Of a stretch of 59,607 bases of DNA, positions 48,497-58,615 are shown piece by piece. Origin of the DNA: an uncultured virus (IMG/VR IMGVR_UViG_3300046004_000626) (taxonomy: Duplodnaviria; Heunggongvirae; Uroviricota; Caudoviricetes). The notes below the pieces were generated by a model. It was not told where the DNA came from and made no database searches. It was given only the letters and a program-made list of their open reading frames with translations. Made by a program: the position numbers and the translations under genes. Where the stretch lies: IMG/VR virus record IMGVR_UViG_3300046004_000626. One strand, written 5' to 3'. Each line of letters begins with the position of its first letter. Position 1 is the first letter of the stretch.

Positions 48497-50241
48497 TGAC
48501 ATATTTGTTTTCGAGTAATGTAGAAGTAAGCAACGATATTGGCAATCCGTTGCCTATTACAGTAACCAACACCAACGGTAACATAGTAAGTTTGGCAAAT
48601 CCATTTCCAGTAACCTTAGGTAGCAATAGTATACAGATTATTGGTAATATATCAATACCAACTACAGTAAACGTAGCATCAAGTCCAGACGATCCGGTAC
48701 ATACACATATTACAGAAATTGGTACCAGCGGCAACCTATTAGCATTAGGCATTAATTATATGCCCATCGGCGGCAACGTCAGCATAATAAGCAATGTAAC
48801 TGTTCTACAAGGTACTAATCCGTGGACTGTGAATGGTAGTGTTGGAATTACCAGCATTGGTAATATTGATATAGGTAATACTAGTTTACCTGTCCGTATT
48901 CAAGGTAACGTAAACGTCAATCCAATTTCAGTTACTGGTATTACATCAAACGTAAACGTCAATCCACTTTCTGCCACAGTGTCAGGTAACATCGGTATAC
49001 TAAACACCAATGGTAATATAGTAAGTAACACTAATCCATTCCCAGTAACTGGCAATTTAACTGCCACTATAACCGGAACTAGTACAGTAACACTAGGCAC
49101 AGGATCAACAGATGCCTTTGGCAGACTGCGTACTAGCCAACCGTACACATTGTTTGACAGTAGAGCAAGATACTACGATCATAATGACTTCAGTAACGTT
49201 AATGCCACTGGCGGAACAGTAGTTTATGACACCAATAGTTCCACGTTTCAATTGAATGTAACTGCCGCTAATGGTTCTAGCGTTATAAGAGAAACAAAAC
49301 GAGTGTTTCCTTATCAACCAGGTAAGAGCCTGTTAGTTTTAACAACTTTCTGCATGAACACACCTAAAACTAATCTACGTCAGCGTGTGGGATATTTTAC
49401 TACCAATAACGGTGTATACTTTGAAAACGACGGAACCTATAACTATCTAGTAATAAGAAGTTATAGTAGCGGTGCGTTGGTTGAGGATAGAGTAAGACAA
49501 GATGCGTGGGACAATCCATTTGCCGCATTAAATGTAGACAGAACACAGATTTTTTGGATAGATGTAGAATGGTTGGGTGTGGGGTCTGTTCGTTGCGGAT
49601 TTGTTATTAATGGTGCTTACGTGCTGTGTCATACGTTTCATCATGCTAACATTATAGGCAATACTACTACATATATGACTACTGCAACATTGCCTGTACG
49701 GTATGAGATAACAAATACAGCAGCCACTGTTGGAACGAGTATGATGCGTCAAATCTGTTCTACAGTTATCAGTGAAGGGGGATACAATGCCTTTACCTAC
49801 AGCGAAACCGCAGGACGAGGTACTTCGATATTAAGATTGGCAACAGCAGAAACATATTATCCTGTAGTCAGTATTAGATTGGATAGCACGAGATTAGATG
49901 CTATTGTGTTGCCGAGACAGGTCGATGTGCTTAGTCCCACTGTAAACTACTATCGTTGGAAATTAGTGTTGAACCCTACCTTAACTGGTGCTAATTGGGC
50001 CGGAACCAGTACTTCGGGAACTGTTGAATATGACACAGCCGCAACTGCTATATCGGGTGGAATAGAACTACAGGCTGGCTATGTCAGCAGTAGAGAATTA
50101 TCAGAGTTAGGAGCAGATGCTTTTGCCTTCCAATTAGGCAGAACACTAGCAGGAGTTAGCGATATAGTCACACTGGCCATGGCAGCAACATCAAACAACG
50201 CAGACGTGCTAGCGCAAATAGGCTGGCAAGAGATTACATAA
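48496..50241 (+). CDS. putative virion fibre/structural protein with N-terminal repeats
   Basis: Repeated NTNGNIVSxxNPFPVT and NVNVNP, then a DAFGRLR...YQPGKS...EWLGVG lectin-like body. Confidence 0.65.
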   Translation: MTYLFSSNVEVSNDIGNPLPITVTNTNGNIVSLANPFPVTLGSNSIQIIGNISIPTTVNVASSPDDPVHTHITEIGTSGNLLALGINYMPIGGNVSIISNVTVLQGTNPWTVNGSVGITSIGNIDIGNTSLPVRIQGNVNVNPISVTGITSNVNVNPLSATVSGNIGILNTNGNIVSNTNPFPVTGNLTATITGTSTVTLGTGSTDAFGRLRTSQPYTLFDSRARYYDHNDFSNVNATGGTVVYDTNSSTFQLNVTAANGSSVIRETKRVFPYQPGKSLLVLTTFCMNTPKTNLRQRVGYFTTNNGVYFENDGTYNYLVIRSYSSGALVEDRVRQDAWDNPFAALNVDRTQIFWIDVEWLGVGSVRCGFVINGAYVLCHTFHHANIIGNTTTYMTTATLPVRYEITNTAATVGTSMMRQICSTVISEGGYNAFTYSETAGRGTSILRLATAETYYPVVSIRLDSTRLDAIVLPRQVDVLSPTVNYYRWKLVLNPTLTGANWAGTSTSGTVEYDTAATAISGGIELQAGYVSSRELSELGADAFAFQLGRTLAGVSDIVTLAMAATSNNADVLAQIGWQEIT

Positions 50242-50326
50242 GATAATATCAACACTTAACCAAAACTCTTGACTATTATAAACTACCATGTTAAACTATC
50301 AGTTACAACTCAATAAATAATTAACT

Positions 50327-51931
50327 ATGTTATTTGGATTATTCATCTTAGCGGTGGCTTTAAGTATTTCAGCCGTGGCCGCATACTATTCCATAGCTGG
50401 ACTAACAGCTATTTTTGCCGCGGCTGTAGTGCCTATTATCATTATGGGTGCTGTACTAGAAGTAGGTAAAATTGCCGCTACTGTGTGGCTACACAAATTT
50501 TGGCATCGTGCTAACATACAGTTTAAACTTTATCTTGTTCCTGCCATTTTAGTGCTGATGCTGATTACCAGCATGGGTATCTTTGGTTTCTTATCTAAGG
50601 CACACATGGATCAAAACATTACGGTAGGCGACAGTGCCGCCCAGGTGCAGATCTTAGATGAAAAGATTAAAACAGAACAGGATAATATCAGCGTAAACAA
50701 ACGAGCCCTACAACAAATGGATGCGCAGGTAGACCAAATGTTGGGTCGCACCACAGACGACCGGGGTGCTAACCGTGCTGTACAAATACGTAAGAATCAA
50801 GCTAAAGAACGTAAATCATTACAAGCAGACATCTCAACTGCACAAAAGAATATATCAGCACTGCAAGCAGAACGTGCTCCTCTAGCCGCGCAGAATCGTA
50901 AAATTGAAGCAGAAGTAGGTCCAATCAAATACATAGCCGCACTTATCTACGGTGATAATCCAGATGCCAACTTACTAGAACGTGCTGTACGTTGGGTAAT
51001 TATCCTACTAGTATTTGTATTTGACCCATTGGCACTTATCCTTATTCTAGCCGCAGAACAAACTCTTATGTGGGCTAGAGAAGACAAGCGTAAGAAAGAA
51101 GATGAATACGAACTAGATGATGGTCAGCTTACCGACGAACAATACGAAAAAATTAAGCAAGAAGCTGATGTTGACGATTACATTGCAATGCAAAAGTTCT
51201 TTGATGATGGCAAGGAACTAGCTAAGTCAATTGACGACAACGATGGTCGTTTACCTGATAATTATGCTAGCACACAAACATATTTGCATACTCCGTGGGT
51301 TTGGCCCGAACGTACTTCAGATGAAGGACTGGTACCTAAACAACAACCAGTTGACGAAGATCCTTTAGACATTCCTATACCAGAAGGTGAAGAAATGTGG
51401 GCTCAAGAGGCTATTGATACAGACACTAGTAAACAAGACTTAGACAATGCTATTAGTTTAATTGCAGAAATGCAGGCTAAGTTAGATGTACTACAAGCAG
51501 AGCACGATGCTAAACATGTAGAATTAGAAAAAATTAAAGCAGTTGATCCAGTAACCTTAACAGACCATCTGGGTAATCCGATTGCTACATATTATCCACA
51601 ACCTCAACAGCAGGTAGTAGTACCAGATTTAAGTATCAATGCTGAACTTGATGGCAATAGTGTAAGTGCTGGCTTTGGTACAACCTTTCCAAAAAATCCA
51701 ACCAAGGGAGATTTGTACCTGAGAGTTGATTATTTGCCAAGTAAATTGTACAAATGGAATGATATCAAATGGATCGAAGTAGATAAAACTACTACAGATG
51801 TATATTCATATGATGTAGAATACATTAAACATCTAACTAATAAAATAGCATCTGGCGAGTATGATGTAGATCTACTTACACCGGCAGAGCAAGAACAAAT
51901 TCAACAGTATATTAAAAATAACCCTCAATAA
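50327..51931 (+). CDS. multi-pass membrane protein with coiled coil and acidic tail
   Basis: Three N-terminal TM segments, a coiled coil, EVGPIKYIA, a fourth TM with VFDPLA, and a C-terminal FPKNPTKGDLYLRVD motif. Confidence 0.7.
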   Translation: MLFGLFILAVALSISAVAAYYSIAGLTAIFAAAVVPIIIMGAVLEVGKIAATVWLHKFWHRANIQFKLYLVPAILVLMLITSMGIFGFLSKAHMDQNITVGDSAAQVQILDEKIKTEQDNISVNKRALQQMDAQVDQMLGRTTDDRGANRAVQIRKNQAKERKSLQADISTAQKNISALQAERAPLAAQNRKIEAEVGPIKYIAALIYGDNPDANLLERAVRWVIILLVFVFDPLALILILAAEQTLMWAREDKRKKEDEYELDDGQLTDEQYEKIKQEADVDDYIAMQKFFDDGKELAKSIDDNDGRLPDNYASTQTYLHTPWVWPERTSDEGLVPKQQPVDEDPLDIPIPEGEEMWAQEAIDTDTSKQDLDNAISLIAEMQAKLDVLQAEHDAKHVELEKIKAVDPVTLTDHLGNPIATYYPQPQQQVVVPDLSINAELDGNSVSAGFGTTFPKNPTKGDLYLRVDYLPSKLYKWNDIKWIEVDKTTTDVYSYDVEYIKHLTNKIASGEYDVDLLTPAEQEQIQQYIKNNPQ

Positions 51932-51972
51932 CAACGCATATAAATACATTTCAATAAGGAAGATAGTAATCA

Positions 51973-52209
51973 ATGGCACAACACGATTCAATGGTAAGAG
52001 GTAATACAGTTTACGTTAAAAATGATAACGTAGAACAGGCAATGCGCAAATTCAAAAAGAACATACAGGACAGTGGATTAATATTAGATCTACGTGCTCG
52101 TGAGTCTTATGAAAAACCAACACTTAAACGCAAACGCAAAGCGGCTGCGGCTAAACAACGTTGGAAAAAGAAATTATCCAGTCAAATGCTTCCAGCAAAA
52201 CTTTATTAA
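51973..52209 (+). CDS. rpsU: ribosomal protein bS21
   Basis: VYVKNDNVEQAMRKFKK...RESYEKPTLKRKRKAAAAKQRW, with TATAAATA at 51939. Confidence 0.88.
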   Translation: MAQHDSMVRGNTVYVKNDNVEQAMRKFKKNIQDSGLILDLRARESYEKPTLKRKRKAAAAKQRWKKKLSSQMLPAKLY

Positions 52210-52264
52210 GAATAATAGGTATTGACTTAGAACTAATAAATAAACTTAGCACCAGGAAAAATAT

Positions 52265-53014
52265 ATGGCTAAGTTTAACTTCGATAGAAAATATACATAC
52301 ATTCAAAATAAAAAATGTATTAATCCCCAATGTAATAATCACTTCCCAATAAGAATGATAGGCGATAAAAACAGTGAAGATTACAATCTTCCTGTGACAA
52401 CAGACAGGCGAAAACTCGCCTGTTCTCGTGAATGTCACAAATATTGGCAAAAATCAATCTCGTGGGAACAACGAGTAGGTGAAGAATTTGCTGCTGAATT
52501 TAGGAAAAAGATGAGTGAGTTATCATCTACTAATAATCCTTCGACTTTTCCCGGTGTTGCTGAAAAAATTAGTAAAAGTTTAACGCAATATCTGGCAGAA
52601 AATCCCCAAGCCAGGCTTGGCGAAAATAATGGATTTTTCGGACACACTCATTCCGAAGAAACCAAACAACATCTCAGAGAAACCAAACAAGGCAAATGGG
52701 CATATACACCTGAGCAAAAAGAAAAGCAAACACAAAATACACCCAAGAAAGAAAATCATCCAAATTGGCTGGGCGGAATATCCAATGGCGAATACGGTTT
52801 AGAATTTAATAAAGAATTAAAATATAAAATTAAAGAAGCACATAATCTGACTTGTCAACTATGTAATACTGTAACAGAAGAATTAGATATACATCATATA
52901 GATTACAATAAAACAAATAATCTATTAGAAAATCTTATTCCGTTATGTAAAGCCTGCCACGGCAAAACTAATTATAATAGAGAAAAGTGGCAAAAATTGT
53001 TGACAAAAAAATAA
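52265..53014 (+). mobile_element. free-standing HNH homing endonuclease with NUMOD3-like motif
   Basis: NGFFGHTHSEETKQHL, HPNWLGG and CQLC...IHHIDYNKTNN..NLIPLCKACH. Confidence 0.85.
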
Positions 53015-53046
53015 AGAAGTGTTATACTTTAATGATAAATAGTAAT

Positions 53047-53110
53047 ACGAATGCCTATAATAGGGTTCGTAATTAATTTATTCTTGCTTAACTTAAAGGA
53101 GAAATATATG
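53047..53110 (+). promoter_or_regulatory. putative ROSE-like RNA thermometer in the dnaK-hsp20 leader
   Basis: A 5' hairpin ACGAATGCCT..AGGGTTCGT, then TTCTTGCTT that can pair with the SD region AAGGAGAA. Confidence 0.55.
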
Positions 53111-55027
53111 ACAAGAAAATCACCTGTTCTGGGCATAGACCTTGGAACTACAAATAGTTGCGTCGCAATTCTAGAAAACAACAAATCACGTGTAATTGAA
53201 AATAACGAAGGTGCTCGTACTACACCAAGTATCGTTGCCTACGGCGATGAGATTATTGTAGGTGCTAGTGCTAAACGTCAAGCAGTTACCAATCCAAAGA
53301 ACACAATCTACGCCAGCAAACGACTTATTGGTCGTAAGTTTGACGAACCAGCAGTACAAAAAGACATTGACCTAATGCCCTATACCATTGTTAAAAATGA
53401 GAATGGTGATGCGTGGGTAGAAGTAAATGGCAACAAACTAGCACCTCCACAAATTTCAGCAGAAGTATTGCGCAAAATGAAATTGACAGCAGAGGACTAT
53501 TTAGGTTATGAAGTAACTCAAGCAGTTATCACAGTGCCAGCCTACTTCAACGATAGTCAACGTCAAGCAACTAAAGATGCTGGTCGTATTGCGGGTCTAG
53601 AAGTATTGCGTATTATCAATGAACCAACTGCGGCAGCACTAGCATTTGGTTGTGATAAGGGCGATAAAAAAGACCGTAAGATTGCTGTGTACGACCTAGG
53701 TGGTGGTACATTTGATATTAGTATCATTGAAATCAGTGATATCGACGGTGAAAAACAATTTGAAGTATTGTCAACTAACGGTGATACATTCTTAGGTGGT
53801 GAAGACTTTGACCAACGTGTAATGGAATACTTAGTTGATGAGTTTAAGAAAGAGTCCGGCATTGACTTGAAACAAGACATGCTTGCCTTACAACGCCTTA
53901 AAGAATCAGCTGAAAAGGCTAAGATTGAATTGTCAAGTTCAACGCAGACAGATGTAAACTTACCTTACATCACTGCTGATGCTACTGGTCCTAAACACTT
54001 GTCAGTTAAACTAACACGTGCTAAGTTTGAAAGTTTAGTTGAAGATTTAATTAAACGTTCAATTGACCCATGTAAAATTGCAGTTAAAGACTCTGGTATT
54101 TCAGTCAGCGACATCGATGATGTTATCCTAGTCGGCGGTCAAACACGTATGCCTAAAGTACAAGAAGCTGTTGAAGCATTCTTTGGTAAAGCTCCACGTA
54201 AAGACGTTAACCCAGACGAAGCTGTAGCAGTTGGTGCAGCTATCCAAGGTGCAGTATTAGGTGGCGACAAAACTGATGTATTGTTGCTTGACGTAACTCC
54301 ACTATCATTGGGTATTGAAACAATGGGTGGTATTATGACCAAGTTGATTAAGAAAAATACAACCATCCCAACTAAAGCAAGTCAAGTGTTCTCAACAGCA
54401 GAAGACAATCAACCAGCGGTTACTGTTATGGTAGCACAGGGTGAGCGTGAGTTTGTCAAAGACAACAAAGTACTTGGGCAGTTTAATTTGGAAGGCATCG
54501 AACCGCAACGTCGTGGTCAACCACAAATTGAAATTACTCTAGACATTGATGCTAATGGTATCTTAAAAGTAAGTGCCAAAGACAAAGCAACCGGCAAAGA
54601 AAACAAGATTACTATCAAAGCTAACTCAGGTCTAACCGAAGAAGAAATTGATGCAATGGTACAGGATGCAGAAGTTAATGCTGATGCGGATAAAAAATTG
54701 CGTGAATTAGTTGATGCACGTAACCAAGCCGAAGCACAGGTTCACGATGTTAAGAAAACTGTAGAAGAAGCTGGTGACTCGGTAACTGCTGAACAACATA
54801 CTGCAATCAATGATGCTATTGCCCTAGTCGAAGAAGCCATTAAAGGTGATGATGTAGAAGCAATTACTACAGCAATGACTAAACTAGCAGAACCAGTAGC
54901 ACCAATCTATCAAGCTAAACAAGCACAAGAGTCGGCAACAGTTGAACCTGGTCAGCAGACAGCAACAGATGCACAAGATGGTGTTGTGGATGCTGAATTT
55001 ACAGAAGTTAACAAGGAGAGTAAATAA
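53108..55027 (+). CDS. dnaK: Hsp70 chaperone DnaK
   Basis: [45 protein letters not shown] and DAEFTEV. AAGGAG RBS before ATG 53108. Confidence 0.98.
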   Translation: MTRKSPVLGIDLGTTNSCVAILENNKSRVIENNEGARTTPSIVAYGDEIIVGASAKRQAVTNPKNTIYASKRLIGRKFDEPAVQKDIDLMPYTIVKNENGDAWVEVNGNKLAPPQISAEVLRKMKLTAEDYLGYEVTQAVITVPAYFNDSQRQATKDAGRIAGLEVLRIINEPTAAALAFGCDKGDKKDRKIAVYDLGGGTFDISIIEISDIDGEKQFEVLSTNGDTFLGGEDFDQRVMEYLVDEFKKESGIDLKQDMLALQRLKESAEKAKIELSSSTQTDVNLPYITADATGPKHLSVKLTRAKFESLVEDLIKRSIDPCKIAVKDSGISVSDIDDVILVGGQTRMPKVQEAVEAFFGKAPRKDVNPDEAVAVGAAIQGAVLGGDKTDVLLLDVTPLSLGIETMGGIMTKLIKKNTTIPTKASQVFSTAEDNQPAVTVMVAQGEREFVKDNKVLGQFNLEGIEPQRRGQPQIEITLDIDANGILKVSAKDKATGKENKITIKANSGLTEEEIDAMVQDAEVNADADKKLRELVDARNQAEAQVHDVKKTVEEAGDSVTAEQHTAINDAIALVEEAIKGDDVEAITTAMTKLAEPVAPIYQAKQAQESATVEPGQQTATDAQDGVVDAEFTEVNKESK

Positions 55028-55464
55028 TGAAACAAGTTTACACAACCCTTGATATCCCTAGCATCTATAAATTTGCTATTGGCTTCGATGATTTGTTTGC
55101 ACAACTGCATCACTTAGAGCAACGTGGTAAAGACAGTGGCTATCCACCGTTTAATTTAATTAAACTAAATGAAACTAACTACGCTATTGAATTAGCTGTA
55201 GCTGGTTTTCAAGAAAGTGAGTTAGATGTAGAAGTTGAAGACGGTGATTTGGTTATTCGAGGTACCAATCGTGTAGTAGAAGAAGATGCCGGAGAATACA
55301 TTCATCGTGGCATTGCGGCACGTGACTTTGTCAAACGCATTAAGCTAGCAGAGGGTGTAGAAGTCAACTCGGCACACGTCAAGAATGGTATCCTTACTGT
55401 TAAATTGGAACAATTTATACCCGAGCCAGTTAAACAAAAGGTTGCTATTTCCTTCGAAAAGTAG
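55027..55464 (+). CDS. small heat-shock protein Hsp20 (IbpA-like)
   Basis: IGFD, YPPFNL, IELAVAGF, YIHRGIA.R.F and NGIL. Confidence 0.93.
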   Translation: MKQVYTTLDIPSIYKFAIGFDDLFAQLHHLEQRGKDSGYPPFNLIKLNETNYAIELAVAGFQESELDVEVEDGDLVIRGTNRVVEEDAGEYIHRGIAARDFVKRIKLAEGVEVNSAHVKNGILTVKLEQFIPEPVKQKVAISFEK

Positions 55465-55529
55465 TAATATAGTAATAAGGGTGGAGGAAACTCCACCCAT
55501 CATTAACAAAACAAATAAAGAGAGAAAAT

Positions 55530-55835
55530 ATGGGCAAGTCAATTGCAAAAGTTAAAACAACTCCAAACTTAGCAGTCAAAGAACCTAGTATGTATAAGGT
55601 CATTTATATCAATGACAATGTAACAACCATGGAATTTGTTATTGAAAGTTTGCGTGTGGTATTTGATATTGCCGTTGATACTGCAATTGAAATTACACAG
55701 ACTATCCATGAAGAAGGTAGTGCCACTGTTATCGTATTACCATATGAAATGGCAGAACAAAAAGGTGTTGAAGCAACACAACTTGCTAGAGCAAATGGCT
55801 TTCCACTTGTAATTAAACTTGAGCCAGACGCATGA
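55530..55835 (+). CDS. clpS: ATP-dependent Clp protease adaptor ClpS
   Basis: YKVIYINDNVTTMEFV, IHEEG, EMAEQK and ANGFPL. Confidence 0.92.
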   Translation: MGKSIAKVKTTPNLAVKEPSMYKVIYINDNVTTMEFVIESLRVVFDIAVDTAIEITQTIHEEGSATVIVLPYEMAEQKGVEATQLARANGFPLVIKLEPDA

Positions 55836-56311
55836 TCTTTAATAAAATTAAAGAACTCAAGCAAGAAGGTAAGAAAATTGGTATAACTTTTAGTACGTTT
55901 GACATGCTACATGCCGGCCATATAGCTATGTTGAGTGAAGCTAAAAATCACTGTGATTACCTAATTTGTGGCCTACAAACAGATCCAACAATTGATCGTC
56001 CTGATACTAAGAATAAACCTATTCAAAGTATTGTAGAACGACAAATACAATTAGCCGCTTGTCGCTACGTAGACGAAGTTGTTACATATCAAACAGAACA
56101 AGACCTAATTGACTTATTACTAATTCTACCACTTGATGTACGTGTGTTAGGTGAAGAATACGAGCACAGTGAATTCACAGGCAAAACAGAATGTTTCATG
56201 CGCGACATTGATCTAGTGTTTAACGGACGTGATCATAGTTTCTCAAGTTCAAGCCTACGTAAGCGTGTAGCACATGCAGAAACAATTAAACTATTAAAGG
56301 ACACCCCATAA
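55832..56311 (+). CDS. cytidylyltransferase (TagD-like)
   Basis: TFDMLHAGH (HxGH), RYVDEV and RDHSFSSS. Confidence 0.88.
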   Translation: MIFNKIKELKQEGKKIGITFSTFDMLHAGHIAMLSEAKNHCDYLICGLQTDPTIDRPDTKNKPIQSIVERQIQLAACRYVDEVVTYQTEQDLIDLLLILPLDVRVLGEEYEHSEFTGKTECFMRDIDLVFNGRDHSFSSSSLRKRVAHAETIKLLKDTP

Positions 56312-56844
56312 TGGATATAATGCTCGATTTGGAAACGTTATCAACTCGCCCAGAAGCAACTATCTTAACGTTTGGTGCTATTAAATTTAGCCCGTACAAT
56401 CAAGAACCAATGACAGACGGCATCTACTATCGCATTAATGTGGATGAACAAATTGAGTTAGGTAGTCATGTAGATGAAAACACCGTTGCATGGTGGGGCA
56501 ACCAAGCAGATGATGTCAGAGAAGAAGCATTGAGTCCTGAGAATCGTATTAGTCTCGAAGAGTTTACACAGAACTTAAATCGTTTCTTAGTGGGTTGTGA
56601 TAACATCTGGGCACAAGGTCCTGTGTTTGATATTGTTATTTTAGAGAACTTATATAGACGTATGGGCAAACCATGTCCGTGGCAGTTCTGGCAGATTCGT
56701 GATAGTCGTACATTGTTAAGTAGTTTGGGTGACCCACGTGAAAAGAATAAAGCGGGCCTACACAATGCTCTGGAAGATGCAGTAAGTCAAGCACAAGCAG
56801 TCCAGTATGTGTTTAAACAAGCTGGCATAACGGAGAAACGATAA
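56311..56844 (+). CDS. DEDDh 3'-5' exonuclease (Rv2179c-like)
   Basis: MLDLETL, WAQGPVFD, RDSRT and HNALEDA. Confidence 0.88.
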   Translation: MDIMLDLETLSTRPEATILTFGAIKFSPYNQEPMTDGIYYRINVDEQIELGSHVDENTVAWWGNQADDVREEALSPENRISLEEFTQNLNRFLVGCDNIWAQGPVFDIVILENLYRRMGKPCPWQFWQIRDSRTLLSSLGDPREKNKAGLHNALEDAVSQAQAVQYVFKQAGITEKR

Positions 56845-57164
56845 TGGAAATTATCTTTGGTCGTGAAAACGCAGAGAAATTGCGTGAAAAGTATACAGTA
56901 TTAGATTTAGAAACAGTTGATGTCGCAGGCGCGCCGATGGAAGTGTTTTGCTTAATCCCTGCTGATAAAATTAGTCTCGGTGATATGCCCACACTAGAAC
57001 AATATACTAAACTACATGCGGAATTTCTCGAAGGTTATAAGAATAAACACTATGACTATTGTCGTCAGTGTATCACTTACCTGATGGGTAAGTTCTCTGG
57101 TGAAGTTGATACGTTTTACGAAGAAATACTACGTAGAATTAATCTAGAAGATCCCCCACCGTAA
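56844..57164 (+). CDS. hypothetical protein
   Basis: 106-aa coupled ORF, with weak resemblance to the C-terminal extension of class III cyclases. Confidence 0.6.
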   Translation: MEIIFGRENAEKLREKYTVLDLETVDVAGAPMEVFCLIPADKISLGDMPTLEQYTKLHAEFLEGYKNKHYDYCRQCITYLMGKFSGEVDTFYEEILRRINLEDPPP

Positions 57165-57221
57165 TACTATAAGTTAATTATATTAGAGCCCCTGTTAAAT
57201 AATAATAACCGGGGCTTTCGC

Positions 57222-57719
57222 ATGAATAAACGTATGTTCTGCAATCTTTTAATGGTCGCCATGCTAACTGCTGGTGCTAATATTGTACGAGCTGGCGAAA
57301 TGGTGCATACATTTAGTAGCCCGGCATTTAGCGGACAGGGCTACGGTGTACATGCCCTTACCATTAAGCAATTAGAAGATCAAGCCAAGGACAAACGTAC
57401 TGCGGCCGCTGAAGCCATACAGGCCAAAGCAGAATCAGCCGCACTGAATACTCCGCAGGCCCGCTTTATTGCTAACTTAGAATCAAGAATTTATAGTCAA
57501 CTAGCAAAACAGCTAACTGACAGCATGTTTGGTGAAGGTGCTACCTGTACTACAGCAGGAGTGGTATGCGGTAATATACCAAACCTGGGCGGTAACAGTA
57601 TCGAGTGGAGTCTAGGCGCAGGTAGCGATAGTGGATTAATTATTATTACTATACAGGATCTGGCTAATGTTGATAATGTAACAACAATGAAAGTGCCAGC
57701 AGGGACCTTTTACTTCTAA
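57222..57719 (+). CDS. csgF: curli assembly protein CsgF-like
   Basis: Signal peptide, then GEMVHTFSSPAFSG (CsgF F.NP.FGG motif) and FIANLESRIYSQLA. Adjacent to csgG. Confidence 0.8.
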   Translation: MNKRMFCNLLMVAMLTAGANIVRAGEMVHTFSSPAFSGQGYGVHALTIKQLEDQAKDKRTAAAEAIQAKAESAALNTPQARFIANLESRIYSQLAKQLTDSMFGEGATCTTAGVVCGNIPNLGGNSIEWSLGAGSDSGLIIITIQDLANVDNVTTMKVPAGTFYF

Positions 57720-58582
57720 TGAAAAAGTTATTAATTCTTTTATTAGCAGTAACATTAGGCGGATGTGCCACGGGTAGTGTGATTCGTGAAAAAGTCACAG
57801 GTGAACAATTTGATAAACCTGAAGTAGTACGTGAAACATACTTTACTAAACCGGAGAATAGAGTATTGCCTCCAGCAGGCGGGCCTATTCCGATAGCAGT
57901 TTATAGTTTTTTAGATAAAACTGGACAGCGTAAGAATATACCCAACGTTGCTAGTTTTAGTACAGCGGTAACACAGGGAGCAGAAGCATACCTAATTGGA
58001 GCCTTACAAGATGTGGGCGATCAACGTTGGTTTACTGTGCTAGAACGAGTAGGGTTGGATAACTTGATTAAAGAACGTCAGATGATTCGTCAGATGCGTG
58101 AACAATATCAAGGACGTGACGCCAAGGCATTACCACCAATGATGTTTGCTGGGGTTATTGTAGAAGGAAGTGTAACAGGCTATGATAGTAACCTGCTTAC
58201 AGGTGGTAGTGGTATGCGCATACTAGGTATTGGAGCACAAACGCAATACCAAAGTGATACAGTTACAATTACTTTAAGAACAGTAAGCGTTAATACAGGT
58301 GAAGTATTAACAACTGTAACAGTTACTAAAACAGTGTTAAGCTACATGGACAAACTTGGTATACTAAAGTTTGTTGAAGAAGGCACAAAAGCCGTTGAAG
58401 CTGAAACTGGTATGAGTATAAACGAAAGTGTCAACAAGGCAACTAACCTAGCAGTCAAGGCTGCTGTAATTGCTACTATTCGAGAAGGAGTGCGTAAAGG
58501 GCATTGGGCATTTAAGGAAGAGCCTAAGCCTGTAGTACAAACAGATGGTGTGAAATACCCTTTGTTAGAAACAAAAAAATAA
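57719..58582 (+). CDS. csgG: curli secretion channel CsgG-like lipoprotein
   Basis: Lipobox LGG-C, IAVYSFLDKTGQRK, FSTAVTQGA, WFTVLERVGLDNLIKERQMIR and LRTVSVNTGEVL. Confidence 0.92.
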   Translation: MKKLLILLLAVTLGGCATGSVIREKVTGEQFDKPEVVRETYFTKPENRVLPPAGGPIPIAVYSFLDKTGQRKNIPNVASFSTAVTQGAEAYLIGALQDVGDQRWFTVLERVGLDNLIKERQMIRQMREQYQGRDAKALPPMMFAGVIVEGSVTGYDSNLLTGGSGMRILGIGAQTQYQSDTVTITLRTVSVNTGEVLTTVTVTKTVLSYMDKLGILKFVEEGTKAVEAETGMSINESVNKATNLAVKAAVIATIREGVRKGHWAFKEEPKPVVQTDGVKYPLLETKK

Positions 58583-58615
58583 TAATAGGATTTTAAAAAT
58601 CCAAGGAGCAACACG

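Noticed and set aside
48568..49050. Short DNA direct repeats (e.g. AACGTAAACGTCAATCCA at 48907 and 48949) as a CRISPR or DGR element
   Set aside because: They are in-frame peptide repeats of a structural protein with synonymous variation. There are no unique spacers and no reverse transcriptase.
1921..53107. Upstream-extended starts in the ORF track (1921, 3753, 11102, 20965, 22445, 26462, 41686, 45075, 46371, 53051)
   Set aside because: They overlap promoters or neighbouring genes. Downstream ATGs have an RBS or stop-start coupling and match family N-termini.
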